Shown here piece by piece: positions 10,474-21,900 of a stretch of 64,000 nucleotides of DNA (positions are counted from its first letter, which is position 1; every line of letters starts with the position of its first letter). This DNA is from Sedimentisphaerales bacterium (GTDB lineage Bacteria; Planctomycetota; Phycisphaerae; Sedimentisphaerales; SM23-30). Below the pieces are notes generated by a model. It saw only the letters and a list, made by a program, of their open reading frames with translations, was not told the DNA's origin and did no database searches. The DNA lies in the NCBI GenBank assembly GCA_963663965.2, contig CAXXFK010000015.1:96001-160000 (forward strand). Reading direction: 5' to 3'. Position numbers and translations under genes: made by a program.

Positions 10474-12298
10474 AATCGGTCTTCTCAACCACTTCAATTT
10501 CAAAAGTCGCATCACCCATAACCACCCATTCCGCCCCAACATCCGAACGAAGCAGGGAACGATGCGGATACGACTCAATTTGACGCCGGTCATCTTCCAA
10601 TAAAGCAATCTTGCTCTCCGGCAATCCCGGCAAAGGCTCACCTTCCGGCGCGATACTGTTATCGTTCAAAGCAAGCATCATATACAAACGGTCACGCCGA
10701 AGATTCTGCCTGACCTGCAACGTTTTCATAATTGCCTTGGCGTTTAATGGATTATTCAGCCAGGGCCAGGCTTGCGCGATCATTTGCATGCAAGCCTCAC
10801 GCCCCCCCACCCTGATCTGATATTTACCGGGCTTAATATTCGATGGCAACGCTAAAGAACACGCCACCCGTTTACTGGAGCCATAATCCGGCTCCAATTC
10901 CACAACAGCATGAGCTTCCTCGCCCGGTTTAAAGACCAGTTTATTCAAATCAGCCGCGAGCATATAACCAACACTGTCTTTATCGTCAATCGCCATATCC
11001 AGCGACATCCGCTTCAATTCAACCCGTTGCCAGGGATTATTTAATATTGTCATCACAATCATCATCGTATCTTCAAAAAGATCGTTGCTCGATCGTCCGG
11101 AACTGACATTCTCGAAATCAAGCTTCCCTGACGTCCCAAAGTCCATTTCAATGCGATATTTAAGCGTTACTTCATCTGGCAATGCCCCGGAATATTCCGT
11201 TGCGGCAATCGCGCCAAGCCCGGCAAGTATTGGCGTCAATTGCGGATCACGCACCACTTGCGCATGAAATTCCCGACTGCGCTGATTATATTTCCACAAC
11301 GTTTTTAAATCGATATCTGCCAACTCAATTTTTTGATCAAGCGTGCCATAGACTGCCGCCGCTTCATCCGCCCGTAACACCCCTTTAACTTCCAGAAGCG
11401 AGCCCAGTTTAAACGACATATTCTTACTGTTCACAAAGGTATGGATCGTTCCAGTCCCCATCGGATACCAGACCTGCCCGTTGCCATTCCAGGAATGCCC
11501 GAATCCCCATACCGAATCCCCTCTCACTTCGGTTACAGTCCCCAGCAATGTAGTATTGATATCTCCAATGGATAAAGGGATCACCAAAGCGGATCCGGGT
11601 TCCAGTTTTGACGAACCATCGCCATGGACCAAACCGCCGGTAATACCCTGTAAGTTTATACCCGGCAGCCATTCAGACAGTTTACGAATCGTGTTTTCAT
11701 TAACGCCCCCCACACTCACCGCCAGGGGTAAATTAAACGAACCCGCCATCTGGCTTGGCCGCCCCAATCCACTATCTTGAACAATTCGAGCCAATGTCTC
11801 CCGATCTGCCAGAGTCGATCGCATTAAATTAACGTAAAACGGCTTACCCACTACCGGCGACGCCGATGCCACCTGATGTTTACGGGGTAGATCACCTGTT
11901 TCTTTTACGTCAAGCATCTCCCTGATGGGTGTCACTCCATATAAAGGCTCCTCTCCAAATGCCCAGCCAAAGGACATCGCTCCGGCTAACCGGCCCTCAA
12001 AATAAACCGGCGAGCCACTCACCCCCTGGGTACCCCGGGCCAGATCGAATCGGGGATCTTGACACATCACCAGAAAGGCGTCCCGCCCCGGATCAAATCG
12101 TTTGACCACCGAAACCAGTTCCACATCAAACTTTTCAATCTGTGTCCCTTTGAATATGGTCAGCCCATACCCTTTCATGCCGGGTTTTAGTTCTTCCAGG
12201 TCAATATACCGTTCTGAATCCCAGAATGATCCCGCTGCCTGACACGAAATCGTAATACTCAGGCAAACCAGAACAAAATAAATGCTTCGCTTGCTCAT
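10472..12298 (-). CDS. secreted SpoIVB peptidase S55-domain protein
   Basis: Signal peptide; KPGMKGYGLTIFKG, QGVSGSPVYFEGRLAGAMSFGW, GVTPIREML, GFGHS. Confidence 0.88.
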   Translation of the reverse strand: MSKRSIYFVLVCLSITISCQAAGSFWDSERYIDLEELKPGMKGYGLTIFKGTQIEKFDVELVSVVKRFDPGRDAFLVMCQDPRFDLARGTQGVSGSPVYFEGRLAGAMSFGWAFGEEPLYGVTPIREMLDVKETGDLPRKHQVASASPVVGKPFYVNLMRSTLADRETLARIVQDSGLGRPSQMAGSFNLPLAVSVGGVNENTIRKLSEWLPGINLQGITGGLVHGDGSSKLEPGSALVIPLSIGDINTTLLGTVTEVRGDSVWGFGHSWNGNGQVWYPMGTGTIHTFVNSKNMSFKLGSLLEVKGVLRADEAAAVYGTLDQKIELADIDLKTLWKYNQRSREFHAQVVRDPQLTPILAGLGAIAATEYSGALPDEVTLKYRIEMDFGTSGKLDFENVSSGRSSNDLFEDTMMIVMTILNNPWQRVELKRMSLDMAIDDKDSVGYMLAADLNKLVFKPGEEAHAVVELEPDYGSSKRVACSLALPSNIKPGKYQIRVGGREACMQMIAQAWPWLNNPLNAKAIMKTLQVRQNLRRDRLYMMLALNDNSIAPEGEPLPGLPESKIALLEDDRRQIESYPHRSLLRSDVGAEWVVMGDATFEIEVVEKTD

Positions 12299-12461
12299 AT
12301 AAAACCTTAAACATGGGATATTATAGTTATAACTCTTTTACTCATCGGCTTTCTGGAAAATTCTATCCTGTTTTCCAGTTTTTTTCCATCAAACCTTCTT
12401 TTATCTTTCCAGCTCATGAAGTACCAGCCACTAATATGAAGAGTACCACTAATCGACCAAC

Positions 12462-12485
12462 AAAAAAACCGCCCTTAGGCGGTTT
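12462..12485 (-). terminator. intrinsic terminator
   Basis: AAACCGCC-CTTA-GGCGGTTT stem with an A-run on the plus strand (U-run on minus), downstream of the 12522-12965 gene. Confidence 0.7.
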
Positions 12486-12521
12486 AAAAGCTCATTGGTT
12501 AATACCTGGAAGTAACTTGTT

Positions 12522-12965
12522 TTAATACCAGATCGATACGATCAGATGAGGCTCATTTTTCTTACCTTCAACAATACCAACGGTCGTATTGGTGAATTTA
12601 ATGTTAATTTCCGGATGTTTGTCCAGCCATTCATTGATTTGTTCATCCATATATTCAATCGCTTTATCGCTCAAACGAGCATGAAAAGTCCGTATCCGAT
12701 TGGCAAATGGTGAATCCGGCATCAAAGAACGCTTGAATTTACTGTCTTGAACCTCTTCCTTTTTGGTATCCTGAGGAAAAAGCGTAATCGGGGTGTTATC
12801 TTCTTCTTCAAGATAAAATCCATCTACTGCGATGGAATCTGGCGCCGGTTCCTGATCAGGTATTATTTCAGGAAACTTGCAGGTTGGACATTGCAACCGG
12901 TCTCCAACCATCGATGTCGGGGCTTCCAAGTCTTCGTTACATTTGCTACACTTGAATTTTATCAT
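12522..12965 (-). CDS. hypothetical protein with N-terminal zinc ribbon
   Basis: CSKC...CPTC; acidic linker; C-terminal RIRTFHARLS..MDEQINEWLD domain. Confidence 0.8.
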   Translation of the reverse strand: MIKFKCSKCNEDLEAPTSMVGDRLQCPTCKFPEIIPDQEPAPDSIAVDGFYLEEEDNTPITLFPQDTKKEEVQDSKFKRSLMPDSPFANRIRTFHARLSDKAIEYMDEQINEWLDKHPEINIKFTNTTVGIVEGKKNEPHLIVSIWY

Positions 12966-13179
12966 GCCTGTTACCTCACAAACGGTGACCCATAACTACC
13001 TGTTTACAAACCATTAATATAATACCATCAAATATTATTATAACGGAATGCAAAATGACAACAACTACAAAATTTAACAAATATCTAAATCCCCCAAAAA
13101 GCTTTTTCAAATGCCGGTAATTAGGCTATAATCCCCATGAGAAATTAATTAACGCTAAACGGATGTAAATTTAGTTAAA

Positions 13180-15138
13180 ATGCCTGAAATAAATATCTTA
13201 TCAACTAATTTAATCAATAAAATTGCCGCCGGTGAAGTCGTAGAACGCCCTGCCAGCGTAGTTAAAGAATTACTGGAAAACAGTCTGGATGCCGGCAGCT
13301 CTTCGATTTCCCTTGAAATTGAAGATGGTGGTAAAAAATTAATTCGAATCAGTGACGATGGATCTGGTATGGACCAGGCTGACTTGGCGCTGGCCATTCA
13401 TCCGCACGCAACCAGTAAGCTATCATGTGAAGAGGATTTATACCATATCATGACCATGGGATTTCGTGGGGAAGCCCTGGCCAGTATCGCCTCCATCAGC
13501 CAGATGGAAATCATCAGCCGCACCCGTGATAATCATGAAGGGTACCGGCTTGAAGTTAACGGTGGCGAAATGGGCGAAACCGTTCCTGTAGCCGCTTCAC
13601 CGGGAACAACGATCACTATTCGTAATCTTTTTTTTAATACCCCTGCCCGGCGAAAATTCCTGAGAACAACCAATACGGAAATGAGCCATATCACTGAAGA
13701 TATGGGGCGGATTGCCCTGGCTCATTGTGATATCCAGTTTACCCTTAAACATAATGCCAGAACAATCTTCGATTTCCCGGCGGGCCAATCCCTTCGAGAT
13801 CGCCTTCGACTGCTGTTCTCAGCCGAACTGGCAAATGATTTGCTTTCTATCGAACGGAATGATCGGGGAGTCCATATTCATGGCCTGATTGCGCCGCCGG
13901 CGCAAAGTAAAAATGCGGCAAAATGGCAATATATTTTCCTTAATGGCCGCGCAATTAGAGATAAATTTATCAGTCACGCCATGAAAGAAGCTTATCGGGG
14001 CCTGATAGAACCCAGTCGCTATCCCGTAGCTTTCTTGTTTATCGATATCGATCCCGGCCAGGTTGACGTGAATGTCCATCCCACCAAAATGGAAGTTCGC
14101 TTTGCCGAGTCGAACCTGATCCATTCCCAGGTGCTGGCGGCCATGCGTGATAAATTATTAAGCACCGACCTGACCCGTGTGGTTCGCAGTGATGAAATCG
14201 GACCGGATCATCAAACGGACAACTCAAACAATAACCAGCTTGATGATCCAACCCAAAAGCGCCGCGAAGATATCCGGGCCGCCATGGCGGACTTTTTTAA
14301 GAACCGACCACCACAGGCGCCATCAAGCGCTAGCCCCCAAACATCTTCTTATAATGCGGCCGCAGGGCTATCCCAGCACCATTTAACCTCTCAACAGTCA
14401 GATAAACTCAGTAAAGGCATTGATCCTCTGATTGATAGTTCTAACTCCAATTTGTCAGAACAACCAGCTGATTCAACAATCGAATCATCGATAGAACACC
14501 ACAATGATCTCCCCATAAACTACAATACCATTGAGGAAATTCCGTCAAATCCGTCTTCCTGCAACGGCCCTTGTTCCTTTGTTCAGGTTCATAACTCCTA
14601 TATTGTTCAGCAAAGCAACGATGGCCTGGTGATTGTTGACCAGCACGCTCTGCATGAACGCATTCTGTACGAAAAATTGAATCGTCAGCTTGCCCAGGGC
14701 AAACTCGCCAGTCAGCGGCTGCTCTTACCGGAAATCATCGAAGTAACACCCGCCCAGATGGCCGCCGCTGAAAACAATGAAATGATCCTGAACGAGTTGG
14801 GCATTACTGCCGAACCTTTCGGACCACGCTCTCTGGCAATTCAGTCATTCCCGGTATTATTGGAAAAACTGGATATGAGAACCTTCGTTTTGGACTTGCT
14901 GGATTTGCTGACTGAACGCGCCGGCCATGTCAGTCGTGAAGAGATGACCCATGTAATCATCGATATGATGGCCTGTAAGGCCGCTATCAAAGCCGGTGAT
15001 CCCCTCTCCTCCGATGAAATTCGCGAACTCATGGCCAAGCGTCAGGATGTGGAACGCATCAGTAACTGCCCGCATGGCCGCCCCACCACCGTTCGCTTAA
15101 CCCTGCGCGAACTCGAAAAACTATTTAAACGGACCTGA
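13180..15138 (+). CDS. mutL: DNA mismatch repair endonuclease MutL
   Basis: IAAGEVVERPASVVKELLENSLDA, GFRGEAL, DQHALHERILYE, ACKAAIK, CPHGRP. Confidence 0.98.
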   Translation: MPEINILSTNLINKIAAGEVVERPASVVKELLENSLDAGSSSISLEIEDGGKKLIRISDDGSGMDQADLALAIHPHATSKLSCEEDLYHIMTMGFRGEALASIASISQMEIISRTRDNHEGYRLEVNGGEMGETVPVAASPGTTITIRNLFFNTPARRKFLRTTNTEMSHITEDMGRIALAHCDIQFTLKHNARTIFDFPAGQSLRDRLRLLFSAELANDLLSIERNDRGVHIHGLIAPPAQSKNAAKWQYIFLNGRAIRDKFISHAMKEAYRGLIEPSRYPVAFLFIDIDPGQVDVNVHPTKMEVRFAESNLIHSQVLAAMRDKLLSTDLTRVVRSDEIGPDHQTDNSNNNQLDDPTQKRREDIRAAMADFFKNRPPQAPSSASPQTSSYNAAAGLSQHHLTSQQSDKLSKGIDPLIDSSNSNLSEQPADSTIESSIEHHNDLPINYNTIEEIPSNPSSCNGPCSFVQVHNSYIVQQSNDGLVIVDQHALHERILYEKLNRQLAQGKLASQRLLLPEIIEVTPAQMAAAENNEMILNELGITAEPFGPRSLAIQSFPVLLEKLDMRTFVLDLLDLLTERAGHVSREEMTHVIIDMMACKAAIKAGDPLSSDEIRELMAKRQDVERISNCPHGRPTTVRLTLRELEKLFKRT

Positions 15139-15156
15139 TAGAAAGCCTGGAATTTT

Positions 15157-16125
15157 ATGGATATCCTAGAAATCTTCAATCTGGCTTTCCAGGCCAATTT
15201 TATCGCGGTTCTGAAAGTCTTTTTGATCGCGGCCCTGGCAGCAACTCTGGTACGGGTAAAAATTATCAACAGTGACCAGATTAAAGCCCTGACTACCGTC
15301 ACCGTTAATGTCCTGCTGCCGGCGATGATTTTTGCCAATATCACCCGCAATTTTCATCCTGAAAACAATCCCATCTGGTGGATATTACCCATTACCGCAT
15401 TGGCAACCATTTCTTTCAGCATCCTGTTGGCTCGTCTGTTTTTCTGGAAAGAAATCCCCGCCAAAAAAAATATGCTGGGAATTGCCGGGATCCAGAACGC
15501 CGCCTATTTGGTGTTACCAGTAGGTAAGAATTTATTTCCAGACCAATTCGCTGAATTCTCCAGCCTGTGCTTTCTTTACGTTCTGGGTATGAACTACATG
15601 CTCTGGTCCGTAGGCAAGTATCTGACCACGTCCGCCGAACATGAAAAGCTCAAGCTTAGCAATGCCATCACCCCCCCGTTCGTAGCCTGCTTACTATCCA
15701 TCACACTGGTCCTCTTAAACCTGCGCCCTTATGTGCCTGCTCTCATTCTCGATCCTGTCGACCTCCTGGGCCAGGCAACCGTACCACTGGCAACGTTTAT
15801 CCTCGGCGGCGTTCTGGGTAGTATACATCTGCGTATCCGTCCCTATCTCTGGGACACCGCCCGGGTCGTCTCAGTCAAATTAATTATCACACCGCTGATT
15901 ACGATCTTTGTCTTGTATTGGCTGCGCGACCGGATCGATCTGTTAACCTCAAAACTGCTGGTATTGGAAGCCGCCGTAGCGCCCGCCACCGGATTAATTC
16001 TGCAAGTGCGTAATTACGGAGGTGATGTCCAGAAAGTCAGCAGTGTTATGTTAGTCAACTATCTGCTTTGTCTGATAACCATGCCGATCTGGATGGCCGT
16101 CTGGGAAGTCTGCCTCAACCTCTAA
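15157..16125 (+). CDS. AEC (auxin efflux carrier)-family transporter
   Basis: About 10 hydrophobic segments; LLPAMIF, NAAYLVLP, LGQATVPLATFILG. Confidence 0.85.
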   Translation: MDILEIFNLAFQANFIAVLKVFLIAALAATLVRVKIINSDQIKALTTVTVNVLLPAMIFANITRNFHPENNPIWWILPITALATISFSILLARLFFWKEIPAKKNMLGIAGIQNAAYLVLPVGKNLFPDQFAEFSSLCFLYVLGMNYMLWSVGKYLTTSAEHEKLKLSNAITPPFVACLLSITLVLLNLRPYVPALILDPVDLLGQATVPLATFILGGVLGSIHLRIRPYLWDTARVVSVKLIITPLITIFVLYWLRDRIDLLTSKLLVLEAAVAPATGLILQVRNYGGDVQKVSSVMLVNYLLCLITMPIWMAVWEVCLNL

Positions 16126-17186
16126 TCGATCCCATCCAGCACTCCCTTCATGTATCCCAGCGCATGGGCCATCCCGGCATGCCAGGACGCCGAACAGGTC
16201 ATTTGTGGTGCGTGGTCCGGGATCAAAACACCGCGATAATCGTTGTGTTTCAATATCATCAGTACGCGTTTGATATCAATATCCCCTTCATCGATAAACG
16301 TTTCATGGTATTCCGGTGCTTTCCCCCGTACATTTCGCAAATGGATATAAGCCACCCGGCCCTGACGGGTATAGTGCTCCAGCGCCTGGTAAATGTCTCC
16401 CTCACTCATTTCTGCCAGTGTTCCCAGGCATAATTCAAACTGATTATTGGGACTGCCATTCAACGTAATCACGCGCTGATACATATCCGGTTGATAGACC
16501 AGCCTGGGCTGGCAGCGCATGATGGGAATGGGAGGATCGTCCGGATGTAAAGCCAGGCGAACCCCTGCTTCTTCCGCAACTGGCAGCAACTCATTTAAAA
16601 ATTCGCCATATCGCCGCCACAAAGCCTCATGATCAATTTCCGGCAAGAATCCCGGTTCAGCCTGCTCATTATAGACCATATTCCAGACCATCCCATTGGG
16701 AATCGGCGATTGATCACCCCCATCCATGCCGACCGACACCGCACCGCCTCTGGCAAAAGGGCCGGTGATCCGGCCACACACCCCGGCAATACTGAAATTA
16801 TAACCAATGATGGGAATCCCCGCTTTGCCAACCGTTCGCACCATTTTTTTAAGGTGCGCCATCTGCACCGCTCTGAGTGGCCCATCCAGAAGCACATCGT
16901 GCCAGTGAGCCGGATCGAAATTCTCTATCGCTTCCAGCGCCAACCCGGCGTCCTCTATCTCCCGCTTGATAGTCCTTAATTCCTCCAGATTCCAGAGTTT
17001 GTCCGGGTCGCCGGCCCGGCCCCATCCCCGGCTTGTTCCGGTTGGTTGATTATTATCCGGATTATCCGCTGCTTGTCTGAAATAATCCACCAGATGAATC
17101 ACAACATGAGTCGCGCCACATTGCCGGGCAAACGCGTAATTTTCGGGTGTCAGCATATGTCGATACAATCCGAGTCCCAGGTGCAT
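16122..17186 (-). CDS. uxuA: mannonate dehydratase
   Basis: LPVAEEAGVRLALHPDDPP, YIHLRNVRG, ETFIDEGD, IPDHAP; start trimmed to MHLGLGLY. Confidence 0.9.
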   Translation of the reverse strand: MHLGLGLYRHMLTPENYAFARQCGATHVVIHLVDYFRQAADNPDNNQPTGTSRGWGRAGDPDKLWNLEELRTIKREIEDAGLALEAIENFDPAHWHDVLLDGPLRAVQMAHLKKMVRTVGKAGIPIIGYNFSIAGVCGRITGPFARGGAVSVGMDGGDQSPIPNGMVWNMVYNEQAEPGFLPEIDHEALWRRYGEFLNELLPVAEEAGVRLALHPDDPPIPIMRCQPRLVYQPDMYQRVITLNGSPNNQFELCLGTLAEMSEGDIYQALEHYTRQGRVAYIHLRNVRGKAPEYHETFIDEGDIDIKRVLMILKHNDYRGVLIPDHAPQMTCSASWHAGMAHALGYMKGVLDGID

Positions 17187-17197
17187 ACCGATTCCTT

Positions 17198-17983
17198 TCA
17201 AAAACCAATACTGATACCACCATCGACAATTAATTGATGACCGGTGACAAACCGTGCGGCCGGAGAACTCAGATAAACGGCCGCCCATCCAATATCATCC
17301 GGATCACCCAATTCTCCCAATGGAGTCCTGGATAGAATTCGCCGTTTACGCTCCGGATCATCTTCCAGGGCCTTGCTGGACATATCACTTTTTATCCATC
17401 CCGGAGCAATGGCATTGACCCGAATCCCTTTGGGTGACCATTCGGTTGCCAGAGAACGCACCAATCCTAACTGGGCGGATTTAGCCGCTGCATATGCCGA
17501 AACCTGCGGAATCCCAAACACCGCGGCCATCGAAGTAATGAACAGGATATGACCATGACCTTGTTCGATCATACCGGGAATAACCGCCCGGGCCATGGCA
17601 TAGCTCCCCATCAAATGCACTTGCAGGATATCCATCAGTTCTGCGTCTGAAGTCTCTGCCGCCATCTTTTTCAAATGATTACCGGCATTATTGACCAGGA
17701 TCGTAGGATCTCCAAAGTTTTTTCTAACCTCAGTAACTAAGGTTTCTGATTCTCCAGTCTGGGTAACATCATATACAAGCATATCCGTCCGGGGCCCCAG
17801 GTCAGCACAGGTCTGCTCCAGAACATCCCGGCGTCGACCGGCCAGCACCACCCTGGCCCCAGCTTTAACCATACACGTTGCAATACTTTTACCGATTCCT
17901 GTACCGCCCCCGGTAATAAGCGCCAGTTCATTTTGTAAACTGAATGTTTCCAAATTCAATTTTTCTTCATTTCTAATATCCAT
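17198..17983 (-). CDS. SDR oxidoreductase, gluconate 5-dehydrogenase/KduD-like
   Basis: TGGGTGIG, NNAG, YAAAK, VNAIAPGW, VDGG; directly upstream of uxuA. Confidence 0.88.
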   Translation of the reverse strand: MDIRNEEKLNLETFSLQNELALITGGGTGIGKSIATCMVKAGARVVLAGRRRDVLEQTCADLGPRTDMLVYDVTQTGESETLVTEVRKNFGDPTILVNNAGNHLKKMAAETSDAELMDILQVHLMGSYAMARAVIPGMIEQGHGHILFITSMAAVFGIPQVSAYAAAKSAQLGLVRSLATEWSPKGIRVNAIAPGWIKSDMSSKALEDDPERKRRILSRTPLGELGDPDDIGWAAVYLSSPAARFVTGHQLIVDGGISIGF

Positions 17984-18176
17984 TATCTGATTATATACCA
18001 ACCAATATGTGATATACATCACGCAATTAATTTTAATAACTCAAATTAAGGATTAGCAATTACCTGAACTTCCGTACATTAGATGTTGTCTTGCTTATAA
18101 TTCGAAAACAATAATGATGTCATAATTATATTATTAAAAATAAGTTACGAAATAACATACAATCATCACATTAATA

Positions 18177-18198
18177 TTATTCAAATCATTTTGAATAA
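18177..18198. promoter_or_regulatory. palindromic candidate operator
   Basis: TTATTCAAA-TCAT-TTTGAATAA perfect 9-bp inverted repeat between divergent genes. Confidence 0.5.
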
Positions 18199-18266
18199 AA
18201 TTAAACTTTTAATTTGCTTTAACTTTATTTAAGTGTATATTAATAATATGAAAGCGAGTAAATAAC

Positions 18267-18575
18267 ATGAACGCGACAATACCTAAATGGATAACAGAAC
18301 TATCTGAAGAAGACTGGCATTTTATCAAACGCCTGATCCTGGCCTCAGGTTCACTTAAGGATGTTGCCAGAGATTATAACATATCGTACCCCACCGTTAG
18401 AATTCGTCTCAACCGCTTAATCGGAAAAATTCAATTGCTGGATTCGGACAAACCTCGTTCCGAATTTCACCGGAAAATTCAGATTATGGTGGCTGAGGGT
18501 CTTTTGGATTTAGGGTTGGCAAAATCAATTATTAAAGCACATGAAACCGATTTAAACGAAAGGATAGAATCATGA
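18267..18575 (+). CDS. DUF2089-family HTH protein
   Basis: LSEEDWHFIKRLILASGSLKDVARDYNISYPTVRIRLNRLI. Confidence 0.88.
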   Translation: MNATIPKWITELSEEDWHFIKRLILASGSLKDVARDYNISYPTVRIRLNRLIGKIQLLDSDKPRSEFHRKIQIMVAEGLLDLGLAKSIIKAHETDLNERIES

Positions 18576-18913
18576 CACCCTGGTTTGATGACATGACCAT
18601 GAATAGAATTGGTGGCTTTATTGGGTCCGCAATAGGAATTTTAGGCGGCACTTTAGGAGCGACTGCCATAATTTTTATTCGTAAAGGTTGGCGAAAAATC
18701 TATTTCACATTATACACATCAATAATCCTGGTTGGCCTGAGCCTGGCAATTACAGGTCTGATCGCAATCTTTATGAAACAACCTTTTATCGTATGGTATG
18801 GTTTTTTACTACCGGGCGCTATTACCACAATCCTTCTTTTATCATTGCTACCCGTCATCAATAAACGGTTTACCGACTTTGAAATACTGCAAATGAAATC
18901 GCACGACCTGTGA
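18572..18913 (+). CDS. three-TM membrane protein coupled to the DUF2089 gene
   Basis: ATGA overlap with the upstream stop; three hydrophobic segments. Confidence 0.75.
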   Translation: MTPWFDDMTMNRIGGFIGSAIGILGGTLGATAIIFIRKGWRKIYFTLYTSIILVGLSLAITGLIAIFMKQPFIVWYGFLLPGAITTILLLSLLPVINKRFTDFEILQMKSHDL

Positions 18914-18918
18914 TCATG

Positions 18919-21900
18919 TTAATCAATTTCATATGCTTGATTCAACGCCAGAAAATACAATATCTGACCTATCACCGGTCGCTTTAAAATCTCCGTCACT
19001 GCCTGGCAATACATCTGCATTTGCAGGCGATATGATTCAGCCCGCTGCGGCAATCTTTCCAGCTCGATCTGATCGGTTTTATAATCCAGAATAATATAAC
19101 CCTCGGGGGTCTCGATCAGGCAGTCTATAATGCCCCGCAATAACACGCCCTGATCACAATCGGTCCCGGGCCAGATCTCCCGCACCGGTAACTGCAATGC
19201 AAATGGCCATTCCCGATACACTTTACCTGGTGCCCGGGTCAACAACCGCCCGGTCCCCCCGGCAAAAAAGTTGACCAGATTGCTGATGTTAACCTGTTCC
19301 GCTTCAGCGATGGTCATCTGCTTGAGTGTTACCAGTCGGGCCACCTGACTGCGTACATCGGCGTCGTCCAACCGGCCGGTCAGTTCAAGACGCTGCAACA
19401 CCAGATGGGTAGCGCTGCCGATCTGAGCTGCGCTCAGTCCCGGCTGCGACTCGGCCATAAAACGGGGTATGATATCAAAGAGTTCCGGTTCCATCGCAGG
19501 GACCTTACCAGTTATACCTACAGGCACAGCATAATCATCCGGATCGGCCGGCAGACGAGAACGCTTGAGTGAGGTAACGCTGGCAGTTGCGACCAGTTGG
19601 GTGAGCGGTTCGCAGGGGTATCGCCAGCTGAGACGCTCGATGATCCGGTCCGCCTGCCCGACCGCTTCCGCGTCACCCGCAGTAAGACAACGCGCGATAT
19701 CCCAGACTGGTTTGAAACGCTGTTTATTCTGACCGGCCCGGTTCATCATGGCGGTCAGATCGCCGACATCATAGCGAAATAACGAGAACCGGGCCGGAGC
19801 CTCCTGATCGGTGATAACTTCACAACCCGGTTCACCGGCAAAAGCCTGCATCGACGGATGGGTCGCCAGCGCGGGCATCAGCCAGTCCAGGGCGCAACGG
19901 GCGCCGTCGAGGATAAAATCCTGCAAGGTCTCGCCCGGCAAATCGCGGCAAAACCGCATAACATCCCGTATCTTATCCAGGGAACCGGTTCCCGTCAGTA
20001 TCAGATGTTCCCGGGCGCGGGTCATGCCGACATACAAGATACGCATTTCTTCAGCCAGTTTCCGGCGGCGTTGCTGATCGGTGATAATCTTATAAGAGAG
20101 CTGTGGCCAGGAATCGCGGCTGACCGGATCGATCAGGCGCATGCCGATCCCGCCCCGGTCGGCACGATCATAAACAAACGACCCCGATCCCCCCTGCAAG
20201 TTGAATTGTTTGCCCAGGTCGGCCAGTATAACCACGGGAAATTCCAATCCTTTGCTCTTATGAATCGTCATAATCCGGACCACATCGTCAGCGTCGGTCA
20301 ATACCGGGGCCGGGCCAAAATCGCCCTCTTCCTGACGAACCTTGTCGATAAAATGCAAAAAACGCGCCAGGCCCTGGCTGGTAAACCGGTCAAACCGGCA
20401 GGCTTGTTCATAGAACGCCAGTAGATTGGAATAACGCTGACGCCCTTCGTGCATACCCGCCATCCAGGCCGGCAGGTTGGTCTCATGATATATTCGCCAG
20501 ACCAGATCGCCCAGATGACCCTGGCGAGCCGCCGTCCGCCAGTCCTCCAGTTGCTCAAAGAACCGGTTCAATTTCTCCACCACCGGATTTTCTTTATCAG
20601 CCCAATGACGGGCCTTCTGACAGGCGTCAAAAAATTCCTCTCCCAGGGCTGCCTGATGGATGGCCGCCAGCTGGGATTCATCCAGCCCCACGATCGGACT
20701 GCGCAGCGCCGCGGCTAACGGAATATCCTGACGCGGATTGTCCAGCAGCTTCATGAGATGGATCATGTCCTGAATCTCAACGGCCGTGAAAAAACCGCTG
20801 CTCAATTCGGCGTGAACCGGTACCCCCATCCGATGAAAAACTTCGCAATACAACTCGGCGCGCATCTTCATCGAACGCATCAGTACGACAATGTCCCGGC
20901 ATCGAACCGGCCGGCTGGCGCCCAGTCTGGCGTCATAAACCTCCATGCCCGGACCGCCTTCCAATCCCAGCAATTCCCGGATCCGTAACGCCGCCAGCGT
21001 CGCCTCGCGCCGGGTACGATCCAACAGATCGATATCGGATTCCGAATCGTCCCCGCCGCCGGATTCGACGCTGTCAGGATCATCACCCTCAGCCGGCGCC
21101 ACGTCTGATCTGGCATCCTTTTCCAACAGATGAACCTCTATGACCCCCGGCGGCTGGCTCGACTCTGTTTCATAATAAGCCGCACCATAAATCAACTGTT
21201 CGCGGCCGCCATAATCGATACCGCAAAACGATTCCGTCATACACCGCGAAAAGATCGTGTTAATGCCCTCGATAATATGTCGGCGCGACCGGAAGTTTTC
21301 GTTCAATCGAAGATTCACTGCTCCTTGGGCCAATTGGTCCGGCTCCAGCGTTGAAAACCGCCGTGCTTTATCCTGAATGATCTCCGGATCGGCCTGCCGA
21401 AAGCTGTAGATACTCTGTTTCACATCCCCCACCATAAACACATTCCCACCACGACCCGAATGAGTCGTTCGGCAAATAGCCCGGATAATCGCTTCCTGGA
21501 CCGGGGAAATATCCTGATATTCATCCACCAGAATATGGCGATACCGGTGACGCAACTGTTCCGCCGCTTCGGAAGGTTGCCCGGTATCATCCAGTAATAG
21601 CGCCAGGATTTTATGCTCCAGATCGGAAAAATCCAGTGCGTTGCGAGTCTGTTTCAAGGCTTCATAGCGTTGCCGGTACCGATCCTGCAACTCAAGAAAT
21701 ACCTCAAGACAATCAGCGCCCGCCACCTGCTGACGCAGGATAGTCTGGCGGCTCAGGGCATAATGCTCGGCTATCTGCTGATACTGTTTTTTCACGGCAT
21801 CGATCTGCTTGAACACAAATTCGCTCCCCGGAGTTTTATCCTTGATACCGGGTTTGCGTGGAAATGCAAAGAGATGAATCCTGTCGATCGTCGTTTCAAT

